Origin: Cycas panzhihuaensis
Lineage: Eukaryota > Plantae > Cycadophyta
Direction: 5' to 3'
Length of the DNA: 64,000 bases
NCBI GenBank assembly: GCA_023213395.1
Contig: CM041465.1
Coordinates: 129,401,741 to 129,465,740, forward strand
The notes beneath the pieces are model-generated. The model ran no database searches. It saw nothing but the letters and a program-made list of their open reading frames with translations, and was not told where the DNA came from. Shown here piece by piece: positions 1 through 12,267 of the stretch. A program made the position numbers and the translations under genes. Positions within the stretch are counted from its first letter, which is position 1; every line of letters begins with the position of its first letter.

Positions 1-76
<76 letters not shown>

Positions 77-208
77 GTATGTATATATATATATGTATGT
101 ATGTATATATATATATGTATGTATGTATATATATATATGTATGTATGTATATATATATATGTATGTATGTATATATATATATGTATGTATGTATGTATAT
201 ATATATAT
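1..208. repeat. (TA)n/(TATG)n microsatellite
   Basis: Directly visible dinucleotide and tetranucleotide repeat. Confidence 0.98.
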
Positions 209-394
209 CAAGAACAGATGATTCAATAGATTGAAAGCATTATAAACCATCCATCCTCATATGCATTGTGTATTATGGGTTTTACATGCAATGTAGACCC
301 ATTGGCTTTTACATTACATAATGTGTGGCATGGGCTAAATAGACACATCAAGACCCATAGAGATACATGATGTGTAAGGTAGGCTATCTAATCT

Positions 395-710
395 TATTGC
401 AAAACACCTCTATGCAAATAAGATGACAAAATCTTTAATACACAACAAATCTGAACAGAACAAATGCATATGAGACACCAGATTTGACGTGGGAACCCTT
501 GTAGGAAAACCCCACCAAAATGGTATTATATCACATTATTGGCAAAACTTAGCATAACATTACAATGGACATTAGATATATATTTATAGATCCTCAAGTG
601 TCCTGAATAAATAGGTTTGTATCTGTCAGCTTATTACAATATTACATCAATATTATCCATATATTATATTCACATATTAAGCATTAGTTACTATGTAATA
701 TATTCTAACA
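395..710 (-). repeat. 3' LTR of element 1
   Basis: Direct repeat of 4161-4475, ends TAACA, adjacent PPT. Confidence 0.9.
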
Positions 711-3700
711 TCTCCTCTTAATGTAAATACAGGATCATGAAGTCTTCCCAAGGGCTTGGTTTATCTTTATCCTTGCTAATAAATCCCCTCCAAAGGATAA
801 CCTCTTCTAATATGCATGAAAATCGATGAAGTGATCTTTAGTGAGAGCTTAGTGAACACATCCATAAGTTGATCTCCACTTAGATAAACTTCTGCCTATA
901 TCTTCCCTGATTTATTTTGCTATCAAATGTAATAGTGTCATGCCTCATATATGTATGATTCCTTGGAAATACTCCAATAGTCCCTATAACCATATGGTTC
1001 TCTCTTGCACCAATACTTAGTTTATAGAACTTAGCCATTTTCCTTTGACTAAACCAAGAGGTTGAGCCACTGGAGCCATGTGAATCTCCTCTTCAAGTCT
1101 CCATTAAGGAATGTTGATATGATGTGATGTGACTCCCAACTATATGTAGCTGCCAAAAGTAAGGATCAAATAGACCAATAACATAGAGACTGGAGTAAAA
1201 TGTTCCTTATACCTAAATCCTCCTTCTTGCTTGAAATCCTACACAATAAGCTTTGTCAACTTACAAACTGACCATGTTCTTTGAGGGAGGTAAGGGACCC
1301 AAATCCCACATACATCACTCCTCTACCAATGCAGCTCTCCATTGCAAATCTTCACTCACTGGAATATTAGTGTCTATCATGAGATTTGATTAGCATGTTA
1401 ATCCTCATTCTTCAATCATCTTGCAGGTTTTTAACCATTAGACTAGAGTCCTCAATGGTCCTCCTAGTTCACAATAAAATATGGTTGTAATCTGTGTCTC
1501 TTCAAATAATGGCTCCTTATCATCACTCTTACTAAATCCTACTTCCATCTCAAACACAATGTTAGGTAACCTAACCTCCATACCTATTAAACAATGGCTC
1601 TGAAATGATATGAAATAAAGGATAAAACCTATAATCAGATGACACTCAGCATGATATGTTAATAACTCATCCAAATGATATCTAGACTAATCATAATACT
1701 TTCCCCCTACATATCACATTGTTTGTAAGTTCCATTCACTTCAAAATCTTACAATTATGTTGCTATGATCTACGTCTAACATATGTGCACACCAATGTAC
1801 CTCAAGAATTAAATGAAAGGGTTTTGACTGGTCCAACACACAACGAGGGATATGCCACAAATAACCTCAATAGAGTACCCATAAATAATTATTTGTAATA
1901 GCTTCTGCCACACAAAACACATGGGAGGCAAACTCTTACAATACACTAAAAACCTCTCATTTGTATCGTAGTACCCATAACTTAATCTAATAAGGGGTAC
2001 TAGGGACAACCACTCCCATTCCATACCATGAAAAAGGAAGAAATGATTTTAAGGCTTCTCATCATAGACCTTTCCATTCGTACTTCAATTTTATCAAATA
2101 CACTATCAATTCTACATCAAACTTGTTTAGACATGTACACACATTGAACCAACACCAAATAGGCCACAAACCCTCGCGTTAACATTAGTCCAACTACCCA
2201 AAGTATAAACTTCCATTAACATAGATAACCACTTATACAAATAGCCTAATCACCAGTAAATTATAAACACTTTTTACATTCATCTGATGAAAAAGAACTC
2301 TAATATAACTAAATAAAACACACCATCACTTTCAAATAAACCAAACTTGTATTATAATATGCAATAATCCATAGCCACACTAAACAAAGTTTACATATCT
2401 TGCAGCTTAAGTATCTCAAATACATCTGCCCATCTCTCACCCTACTATTAATCAATGAAATATAAACTCTGACATAGATAGCTCTCGCCTATTAGCATGC
2501 TCTTGCTCACCCATTAAACTTGCCTTCTTATTGACTAGTGAACTTTATTGCTTTGATAAACCATGCCCATACTCACCCCTAACTCTATAATGTATCCACA
2601 TGCAACAAGAGTTTATCATTGCCTCATGTCACCAAACAGTCACTTTGTCCAGCATACATTCTCATACAATCACATGTTAGAAGGCATATCATTACCACAC
2701 ATCCACATTAGTTCATTATATCGCCTTATACATCATCATGCATGCCTCATATTACCATTAAAATAAAGTCATCATATAAAATAAATAAATAAAAAGAAGT
2801 TTGTGCAAGATATTTACACCACTTTGACAACCATAATACAAACACCCTCATACATATCAATCCATCAAATTATCTTCAACATCTCTTGATATCAATATGA
2901 GAATATATTAAAAGCTACAAAAGTACTCAAACTTCAAAATATAGTATCAATAACTATAAGTATCAACCATCTGCATTAAATGAATGCAACTATGGTCATA
3001 GCAATATGAGATATCATCACCAAAATACAATAATTAAATATCAAAGGTTACACTTTATAACACTAATAATGATTAAATATTTATTAATATAGCGATTGAT
3101 AATGTGATATAAATTGGTGACTTAATATGGCGGCATAATCAGATTATTAAAAAAAGGGCGACAACTGCCAAAATATAATGGTGACTTTTCTATAAAATCA
3201 AATGCTTGTAATATATCAAAATGATATAAAGGGCAACTACAAAAATTATTGATAGTGGCTCATTAAAATATCTCATTCCAAACTATATTTTTCTCAAATC
3301 GTAAACTTAAGATAACTGAGATAAATTTGAAATGATTAAAAAATCATCACACGTGATGAATAAATAAGGGCAAAAATATTCACAACAATGAATATATCTC
3401 ATGAGTGACTGAAGTATAGTTGATCCTCTAATATGCAGGTTGAATATATATATTAGCATCAACATATAGACTGCGTAGTATGATACAGCAAAGGTGAGAA
3501 AGCAATTAAATCTTCAACGGCAGACAAAAATATTTCATAGCCATAATTCAAACGATGGCAAAAAATTATTTTCAAATGACTTATTATAATATATTTCAAT
3601 TCATATTGGGTGACTATGGATATATTTATCATGTGGAAAACATATATATTAATGAGTAGACCTTAATATAGATTATCATATTAATTGCTCATGATTCTAT

Positions 3701-4160
3701 TACACTCTTCAGGAGATATTTATACATACTAAACTACAACTCAATGGACACACACACCTCTTCCACTATGTCTACTCCTCCTAAGGGATAGTACAGGGTC
3801 TTTTTCATTGCAAACTTAATGACAATAATAAATAATAGATCTAACACCTTCAGTAGGCTCAAAAATAGGCACAAACAATTGACAATGGAGTAACCAGGGC
3901 TACAAATTAGAAAATAGGGGCTCCAACATCAAAACAATGGCTTCTACTCATCCACACACCTTTGTAGGACATTAAATACCTACAAATCATAATATAAATT
4001 ATTCTAAAATCTACAAACAATCATTTACACCTCTATGGCAATTATATTGGTCATCGAATAAGCTAATCCTCACTAAGTAAGCTAGCATGACCTAACACCA
4101 GCAATTGGATGATTCATATAATGTTAATTTGCTTGTGCACCTTTTACAGCCCTGATACCA

Positions 4161-4475
4161 TGTTAGGAAACACCTCTGTGCAAATAGGATAATAGAATCT
4201 TTAATACACAATAGATCCAAATAGAATGAATGCATACCAGACACCAAATTTAACGTAGAAACCCTTGTGGGAAAAACCTACCAAAATGATATTATATCAT
4301 ATTTTTGAGAAATCTTAGCATAACATTACAATGGATATTGGATCTATATTTTAGATCATTAAGTGTCTTGAATAAATAAGTTTACATCTATTGGCTCATT
4401 ATAATATTACATTAACATTATCCATACATAATATCTACACATTAAACATTAGTTAGTATGTAATATATTCTAACA
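4161..4475 (-). repeat. 5' LTR of element 1
   Basis: TG...CA termini, adjacent PBS. Confidence 0.9.
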
Positions 4476-4561
4476 AATCTATTATGATACATACCTGCCA
4501 AAGAACATGATATGAGATGCAAGTCAATATTTTCACATTGAGTAATACAAATGTACTCATA

Positions 4562-4630
4562 TCTCCATTGAAATTGAACTCAAGTCACAGGGGTGAGAAT
4601 ACCACTACCTAACTAGTAGGTCAAATCTAC
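4562..4630 (-). other. Degenerate tRNA-Glu(CTC)-like sequence, probable tRNA-derived SINE head or tRNA pseudogene
   Basis: rc reads tgacctactagttagg...tctcaccc...gacttgagttcaat, resembling the A box, CTC anticodon loop and B box of plant tRNA-Glu. Confidence 0.4.
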
Positions 4631-5844
4631 TTTGACTCTTCTTATAATTGTTGAGTATTTATAATCTCTATTATTAATAAATTATATTTCGATGGATTGA
4701 AAGACCTTCTTACTTTTGTATATAGATTTGCAAACCATTCACACACTTTGAATTGTTTTGTTTTAATCATCAAGTTATTAAATAATTAGAGTTTATTGGA
4801 ATAATGATTCATTTATATTACATAGGATTCATTAGTGTAATGATTCTAATAAATATATATTAGTTAGTAGGTAATTAATTGGTAGTTATAAGTAGTTATT
4901 ATTCAAAAACTCATGAATGCATGTACTTTAAAGTTGAGTATTATAATGATAGAGTTTTGAATTGTGTTAAGAGCATTTATATCTTTGAGTTGTTCATTTT
5001 TATGCATGCCCTCCCTTTATCTTGGTATTAGACCCATGGTTAATTGTATTAAAAAGTGAGCCAATGGGTATTTTAATGTTAAAAAGGGAAGATTATTGAG
5101 AGCTCCTGATAAGAGCAAAGTGTTGAGAGAAAACCCATGAAAAGGTCATCCATTATTATCGATGAGTTAAGCAACTATAAGTATATATTAGTTATTAAGG
5201 TGGTTATGTAATGGTATTGTGGTTGGACTTTTTTTTTTTTTTTGTAGATTCACTTATGTTTTTTTTAGAGTAATTTTGGAAGAATAATTTATTAGAGTGG
5301 TTTCATCATTTATTAGACCATGCTTTTTATTTAACAATAGATGCTTGTAAGTAAAGGATGTTGTAGTAAAGATATAACCCACAAAGATGCATCAATGTAG
5401 TATAGCCCAATTGGGTGATTGAATGAAGATCAAGCTTTAGGATATAATGTTGAGTCACTAGATGCCACAAGGAGTAGTGAAAACACACAAAGATTTAATA
5501 TGGAGGAGGAAATGGTAGTATATCTCAATATTAAGGTGGTAACTATGTTGGAGGAATTCCACTATAAGCAACTACACACTATACAATAGAGATGCCAGTA
5601 AATAGTCTTGAATCCAAGCATCATGAATACATATGTAGAGATGCCTCGTGGGTGAAAACATCAAGTCATTTAAATGATTATAATGTCATAGAGAAATGCC
5701 AAACATCTGTGAATGGGAAAATTTAATTTTGAGAGTAATTTTTTTTAATAAAGGTTTTATATAATTAAATCAAATTGAAATGTATTTTAAAGTCTAGTTT
5801 CTAGCCTATTTTTGGTCACATGGTATGTAAGACATAACCAAAAG

Positions 5845-8800
5845 TTTTTTTTTTTTTTTTTGATAAGGTAAAATTAAATTGAAGGGGTTTTAACTAGGTC
5901 CCCAAACCTTATACATCACCTCATAAAGTACAAACAGTTTGACCATGACAAGCCCATGGTCTAGCCCAACATAAGAGGAAAACCTCTCAAGCTAATCTAG
6001 CAATCGCCCAGAGGAAGCATCTTTCCTTACACCTCAGAGTTTCACCGGAAATCCTCCTTCCAAACCATAGCTCTTTTATTTATCGCCGCCCAATTTGCCA
6101 ACCAATCTACCGCATTTCCTTCCTCAGAAATGTGTTGAACTGGACTCCTCTGCTCTTTCCAATTCCTCTTGCACGCCTTTGACCATATCTACATTGTACC
6201 AACCAGCTCGCTTCCCCTTAAACAACTTATCACATACAAGGAGTCCCCTTCAATGACTACCTTCGGGGCCCTTCCTCGCCTAATAGAGCAACCGCCCGTG
6301 ATAGCCCACATCTCGCTTTCGATCTGCTTGAATCCCAAGGTAATCCGCAAAGGCCCACCTAAGCTCCCCATGGTGGTCCCTCGTGATAGGCCACCCCCTG
6401 CCTCACCGTGGTTGCCTTTAGCAAAGACCGGCCAAAGTTAATTTTGACCCAGAAGGAAGGATCCGGGTGACCACTTGCTTCGGCCTCCTTGCTCTACCTC
6501 GTAGAGGGAGGCCTACCCCCCATTTCTCCAAAATGCCTACTTCCTCCATAGCCAAGTTATCCTCCTTGGGAGGAGACAACATTTCGGTGATACCCATTCT
6601 GATTTCCTCCGCCAGGACCCCCCTAGCTTTTTCCTTACCTTCAAAAATTCTTCTATTCCGTTCTTTCCAGATGATCCAGGACCCAACCGGCAGGATCATC
6701 CTCCAGATAGTAGACAGAGTTTTACTCTTATATGGAGAGACCCAGGCGGTCCATTGTTCTCTCAGAGATCTAGAGGAGACCCACCCCAGACCCATTCTGC
6801 CCCATAAGACGTTCCATACGCCAATGGAATAAGGGCAATGAATGCAGAGGTGATCCACCGATTCTGCCTCCTCTTTACAAAGCACACACCTATTAACCAC
6901 CTGGATACCCCTCCTCATGAGATTGTCCAAAGTGAGGATTTTATTCTGAAGACACAGCCACCAGAACGCTGCAATCTTCGGTATGATCCCCAATCTCCAT
7001 ACCCCAGCCAACAAATCATTCCTGGACCAGCCTGCCCTCGTGACCAACCAATTATACCCATCTTTGACCGAGTAAGAACCCCTTGACGAGTTCAGCCAGA
7101 TCAAAATATCATTAGAGGGACTCTTTGGGATGTCTTGGTTGGCTGAACCCTATTCACCCTCCGGCCTCCTCCTCGAAACCGAGCATATCCTCAAATGATC
7201 TCCATCTCCTATCCTTATGTCGACCACCAATAATGCTTGACAAAGTCCCCAAAGCGGATCTCACATTCTCTCTTGAAAGCCCCGATATTAGGCGGTCCTC
7301 TAGTTTGAAGGGCCGCACCATTTATCTCGCCTGTAACCTTATGCTCTCTCCATTCCCCAACTTCCATCGCACACCTTCCGCAGGATGAACCTTGAGCGAT
7401 GGCTTTCCAGATTGTGACCCTTACGAGCTCGGGGCCTCCCCAACAAGAAATGATCGTCTCTAAGGTATTTTCTCGCCAAGATCCTACCCCACACCGACTC
7501 GGCTTCCTTGGTGAGTCTCCATCCTGCCTTAGCCAGAGCGCCGAATCAAGAGGCCCGCCTCTTCTAACATTGAGCCCACCCGCCCATCCGGCTTACACTT
7601 TCTCCTGTGACACTAGGTGAAATCTCTTTAACCTCACCCCACACCGGAGGAATCGCCTCATGATACCCTCTAGTGTGGAGGTAACCTTTTCCGCATTTTA
7701 AAGACATATCCGATACATTGTGGATGCTGGAGGGAGGCCACCACTAACTGGATTTTGCCTACCAGCCTAAGAAGTGCCCTTTCCATCCTTCCGGTTTTCC
7801 GTTGAATCTGCTCACTAAGGCCCCACAAATTCCTCCCGCCCCCACGAAGAGGGCATGCCCAAGTATGAAGTGTGGAGGGATCCGCAAGGATCCCAATCCC
7901 ACCGATCCTCCTTTGAGCCCGTCCGAGTGTTGATGAAGAAGATCGAGCTCTTCTCCATTGATAACTGATTGGTGGCTTTTTCGTATACCGAAAACCCTCT
8001 TTAAAGCCCTAGCCTCCACTGTGGAGGCCTTACCCGAAAGATGTTGTCATCCACTTAACCGGTGATGAATAACATTTTCCAGTAGAGGTGGCCTTTAAGC
8101 CGATAATCCAACCCAACCTCCGGGCCTCCAAAGTAGCTCTTCCCAACATCTCACCATAATTATGAATGTAAAAGGCGAGAGGGGATCACCTTGTCTCAAC
8201 TCTCAAACTGTGGACGAAAGGGGTAGATTTCCCGCTTATGATCACTGAGAACGAGACCCCGGAGATGCAGCATTTCATCCAATCCCTCCATACCTCCCCA
8301 AAACCAAACGCTTTTAAGCAGTCCAAAAGGCAATCCCAGGCCACCCTATCATAGGCCTTGGACATATCAGTTTTGATAATCATCCCAGCTTCCTTCCTAT
8401 GAAAGGTCGAGTGCAAAGTTTCATGGACAGTAATAATACCGTCTGTAATTTGCCTCCCTTTGACAAAGCCATCTTGATTTTGTGAAATGATAACAGGGAG
8501 GGTCTCCCTTAAGCGATTCGCTAGGACTTTTGCCAAAATCTTGTATTTGACATTGCATAGGCTAATTGGCCTGAAATCCTCCATGGCTTCCGCACCCTCC
8601 TTCTTAGGTATCAAGATTGTGAAAGTCGCCCGCCACTCCTTCGAGGATGGTGCGCTGAGGAAAAATTCATTTAATGTCGATAATAAATCTTCCTTTATAA
8701 GGTCCCAATAGTCTCGAAAAGCCGGTGAAACCCATCCGGACTGGAGCCTTATCTCGCCCATACCGAATAGAGCACGCCGACTTCTTTCTCGAGAGAACGG

Positions 8801-11103
8801 CTCCATCACCATCATTACTGCGTGTCGAGATCGATTTGGGATGAGATTTAAAAGACCTTCCCTAATACCGATCTCGCATCCCTACGGCCAAGAGATCCTT
8901 GAAATAATCCATCGCAATGTCGCCAAACCGATCCTCCGACTGCAAGACCCCATCCCATCAAGGAGTTTAGTAATTACATTATGGGCCCCTGTGCTTCAAG
9001 GTAGACATGTGGAAAAACTTAGTGTTCTGCCCCTTCCCTTAACCATCGCCTCCCTCGATTGCTTTCCAAAGTGAGTCTCCTCCCTATCCAGCACCTCATC
9101 TAAGATTCTAGAGGTACTAAGCTCCATTTGGTCCAGATCCGGGTCCTTCCCTCCACATCGATCCTGTCCCTCGATTCGGCTTAGCTCGTCAACAAGGCAC
9201 TTTATCTTCAAATATATTTCGAAAACCTCCTTGTTCCAGATCTTCACTTGTCTTTTGACCCAATTTAGTTTCCTGGAAACCCTAAACATAAGGTAACCAC
9301 GGACTCTAACACCCCACCATTCCCCAACCCGGCCCTTGAGATCCGGGTGTTTTTGCCACATAAGCTCAAAGCAAAGGGGCCCTCTATGATTCCTGTAGAA
9401 CCTTCAAGTAATATAGGGGTGTGGTCCGAGCCTATTTTCGGAGAGCCACGCTTTGATCCTTCGATATGGCAGACCACTCATAGTTAATGAGCACCCTGTC
9501 CAACCTGCTTTGAATGTGGTTATGGCCTAACCGCCTATTAGACCACGTGAACCTGGCCCCACCTGTGGGAACATCCATCAATCCTCCACGAAGAAAATCC
9601 CAAGGTCGACATACTTGGTCCACCTGTGGTGCCGCCAGATTTCTCATCCGGCACACCGTGTTGAAATCCTCACCACCATCCGTGGACCATCCCAATCCTT
9701 ATGGGTCACCGACAATCTTTCCCATAATAATTTCCGCCCCTTCCGTCAGGGCGAGACATTAGTGATCCGAATTCTTGATTGACCACAAACCAACTAGGCC
9801 GATCGTTAAAAATGCTCATGTCTTTTCACAACGTGAACTTTCCACTTATCCGGTTCCGGAGGGTGATCAACCCTCGAGCCACCGACTGCTACTGCTCTAC
9901 CTCCCCCGCCTCCAAATCTTATTGAACACCTCGATCTCCTTGGCCTGTTCCAATTTGGTCTCCTGCAAGAGGACAATATCCGCCTCATTCCTCATCCTTA
10001 AAGTCTTTACCATACTGCTTAGAAGGGGCGTTGAGGCCCCGATATTCCAAGATAGGACTCTCATGGAGACCCCTTGACCCCACCTCAAACCTTTCTCGCT
10101 CGAGGGTGGGACCTCTAATGCCCCCGCCCTTCAATGTGCCTGAGGCCCGAATCAACTGAGCTTGGGTGTCCTTGTCTCTAGACATCTTCTTTGGGGGCCT
10201 TCCCACCTTCCTCTCCACCCCATAGTCTGGACCCTTCTTCTGTTCCGTAGTGATCGGTTTGAGACCCATCATGGGTCCCCCACCCCCTTCTCCCGGGTCC
10301 ATGGCCCTAGCACCGCCACCGGAAGAAACCATGCCTATCTCCAAACCCTCCACCTCCGGGTCTCCTGCTCCTTCCTCCGGTTCCAAACGGTCGCCCTCTA
10401 AATCCCGCCATACTCTTCATACCGAGCTGTAGCCGGCTCCAACGGGAGAGAGGAGGGATCGCAAACACCCTTCGAGCACCCTACACCCAACTGCGATGCT
10501 TGAAGATCCCCTACCGCGGTGAAGCGACCGACATCCTCCTCAGAACCCTTACAGCCTCCCTTGCTCCCTGAACCCCGAGCTCCTACACCCAGAGGAGCCC
10601 CTGCTAAGATTTTCCCAGCCTAACCTGTGAGGGAGACTCCCACTCGGTCCTTCACCTCCTCCACCACCAAGCCGCTAGACACCACTACTGCATTTCCTGG
10701 ATCGGCCTCATCTCGCTGCCTCACTGGGCCTATACCCGAGCTCACCTCCCTGGTCACACCAGCCTCCAGGATCGCCTTCCCTTTGTTTTCCACCGCCCGC
10801 CTCCCTAGGAGGGATGCCTCGACATCGGACCCAAGGTGCCCCCGCTTACACTTCTCACATTTGAAGCCTTCCGCTTCATAATATAAGCTTTGAATAATTG
10901 ATCTACCGTCAGATTCAATCTCGATCTCTTCTGGGAGCTCCTCATCCAATCTAGCCAAAACGCAAAATCTTGCGTTCATAAGGCGGGATCTATGTCTTGT
11001 CACGAATCCGCTGCCAAAGGGGCCCTATCATTCGGCCGCCTTTAACCGCCACCGAGTTCCGTATGCAGTACACTGCATCTGCACCCAGATAAAGGGGCCA
11101 ATG
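5845..11103 (-). mobile_element. L1-type LINE with C-terminal RNase H, 5'-truncated inside ORF1 (LINE copy 1)
   Basis: poly(T) 5845-5861 is the poly(A) tail. ORF pieces: endonuclease (LSWNI..ADIVLLQETK; SRLDR; GSDH), RT (FRPISLCNVKYKILAKVLANRL, KTDMSKAYDRV), zf-RVT (6418-7104), RNase H (VVIEGDS) and ORF1 tail (10620-11003). Possible degenerate TSD taaccaaaag/taattaaaag. Confidence 0.95.
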
Positions 11104-11639
11104 CCTAATTAAAAGAGTCATGTTTAAAATTTAGTACATAGTTTTATATTTTCTACCACATCTTCCTTATTGGTCTTAGATTTTAATTATTTTTGAATAA
11201 TTGAAATCTATATTTAGTTGGCTTCAATTTAAGCCATTGCATGGCCATGTTTAGAGTTGTTTAGTAATAAATTTTAAAGTTTAAATTTGAGTCCCAAAAT
11301 GGTAAGATGACCAATGTTGTATTTTTTGCATTATAAAGGTCACTTTCTTTTAGTGGTGGAATAGTCCTGGTTTGGGACAAGATTGAAAGTCTTGAGTTAA
11401 AGTCAAATACTTATGTGCATTCTATTATGATTTTATTACTCTATTTTCCTTCATCACACTATTACTTTGTTTTCATTTGTCTCACTAGCATTATTTTTTA
11501 TTATGGCATTAAGCACAAATCATTTGATGATACAATTTATATGAACAAGAATCGAAGAATACTATCTATTTTCATTTCAAAAGATATGAGAAATTGTACC
11601 AAAATGATATAAAAAACTAACACCCAACTCTAAATTTGT

Positions 11640-12267
11640 TGGTAATGATAAAATGATAAAATGTTACTTAAGGAGTTACCAAAGAGTGATAATGAAGTGT
11701 TGTCTTTCATATTTTGTGCACTTAAGGAATATATTTTTCTTAGAGTGAGTAAAGTCATTAAAGGAAGCATGGAATATTCTCAAGAATGCCCATGAGGGAG
11801 CAACCACTAATAAGTTACAAACACTTAGAATAAAGTCAAAAAATAATAGGATAAATCATAGTGAGTTAGTTAATGATTACATCACTAAGGTACAAAGTTT
11901 AGTGAATAAAAGGAAGACTCTTTAAGAAGGTATTAGTGAGCATTGATTTATGGAAAAAATACTTCAATTTATTAGAGAAGTAAAGAAATTTAAGATGGTG
12001 ACAACAAGTATAAAAAAACATATGGCTCTCTACAAGTTAAAGATTGATGGACCAAGTAGCTTATTGTTCATTTTTGAGAAGAAGTACAAAAACTCCAATA
12101 ATAGTTTACAACATGCCTTTGTCATTAAGGTAAAGTTTAATAGGGATCAAAGTCATTGCCAAGATTTATAGTTTGAAGGAACTTATAGTTCAAGAGATCA
12201 AGGATAAAACTATAGAGGACAAGGTGAAGGCTAGAATCAGAGTATAAGGACTAAAAAGACATGGAAA
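11640..12267 (+). pseudogene. Old Copia gag remnant, host of element A; continues at 16036-16095 and, duplicated, at 21911-21977
   Basis: Translates to KSDNEVLSFIFCAL..IFLRVS..AWNIL, a UBN2-type gag. After element A it continues GRRQSERGRGK..QCYY, the start of a zinc knuckle. Confidence 0.7.

Larger units (their letters stand above)
395..4475 (-). mobile_element. Degenerate, internally deleted Ty1/Copia LTR retrotransposon (element 1)
   Basis: LTR pair at 395-710 and 4161-4475. TSD AATCT at 390-394 and 4476-4480. tRNA-iMet PBS at 4149-4160 (rc TGGTATCAGGGC). PPT at 711-720. RT/RNase H and integrase remnants on the minus strand. Confidence 0.9.

Noticed and set aside
4780-5700. Possible LTR end plus PBS (tggtattagacc at 5023-5034)
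   Set aside because: No partner LTR, TSD or coding remnant identifiable; too weak to call
6169-10881. Many plus-strand ORFs over LINE copy 1
   Set aside because: Antisense shadows of a GC-rich LINE; no recognisable domains
11350-11405. A-box/B-box-like pair (tagtggtgg...gagttaaagtc)
   Set aside because: Too degenerate; no cloverleaf, tail or TSD
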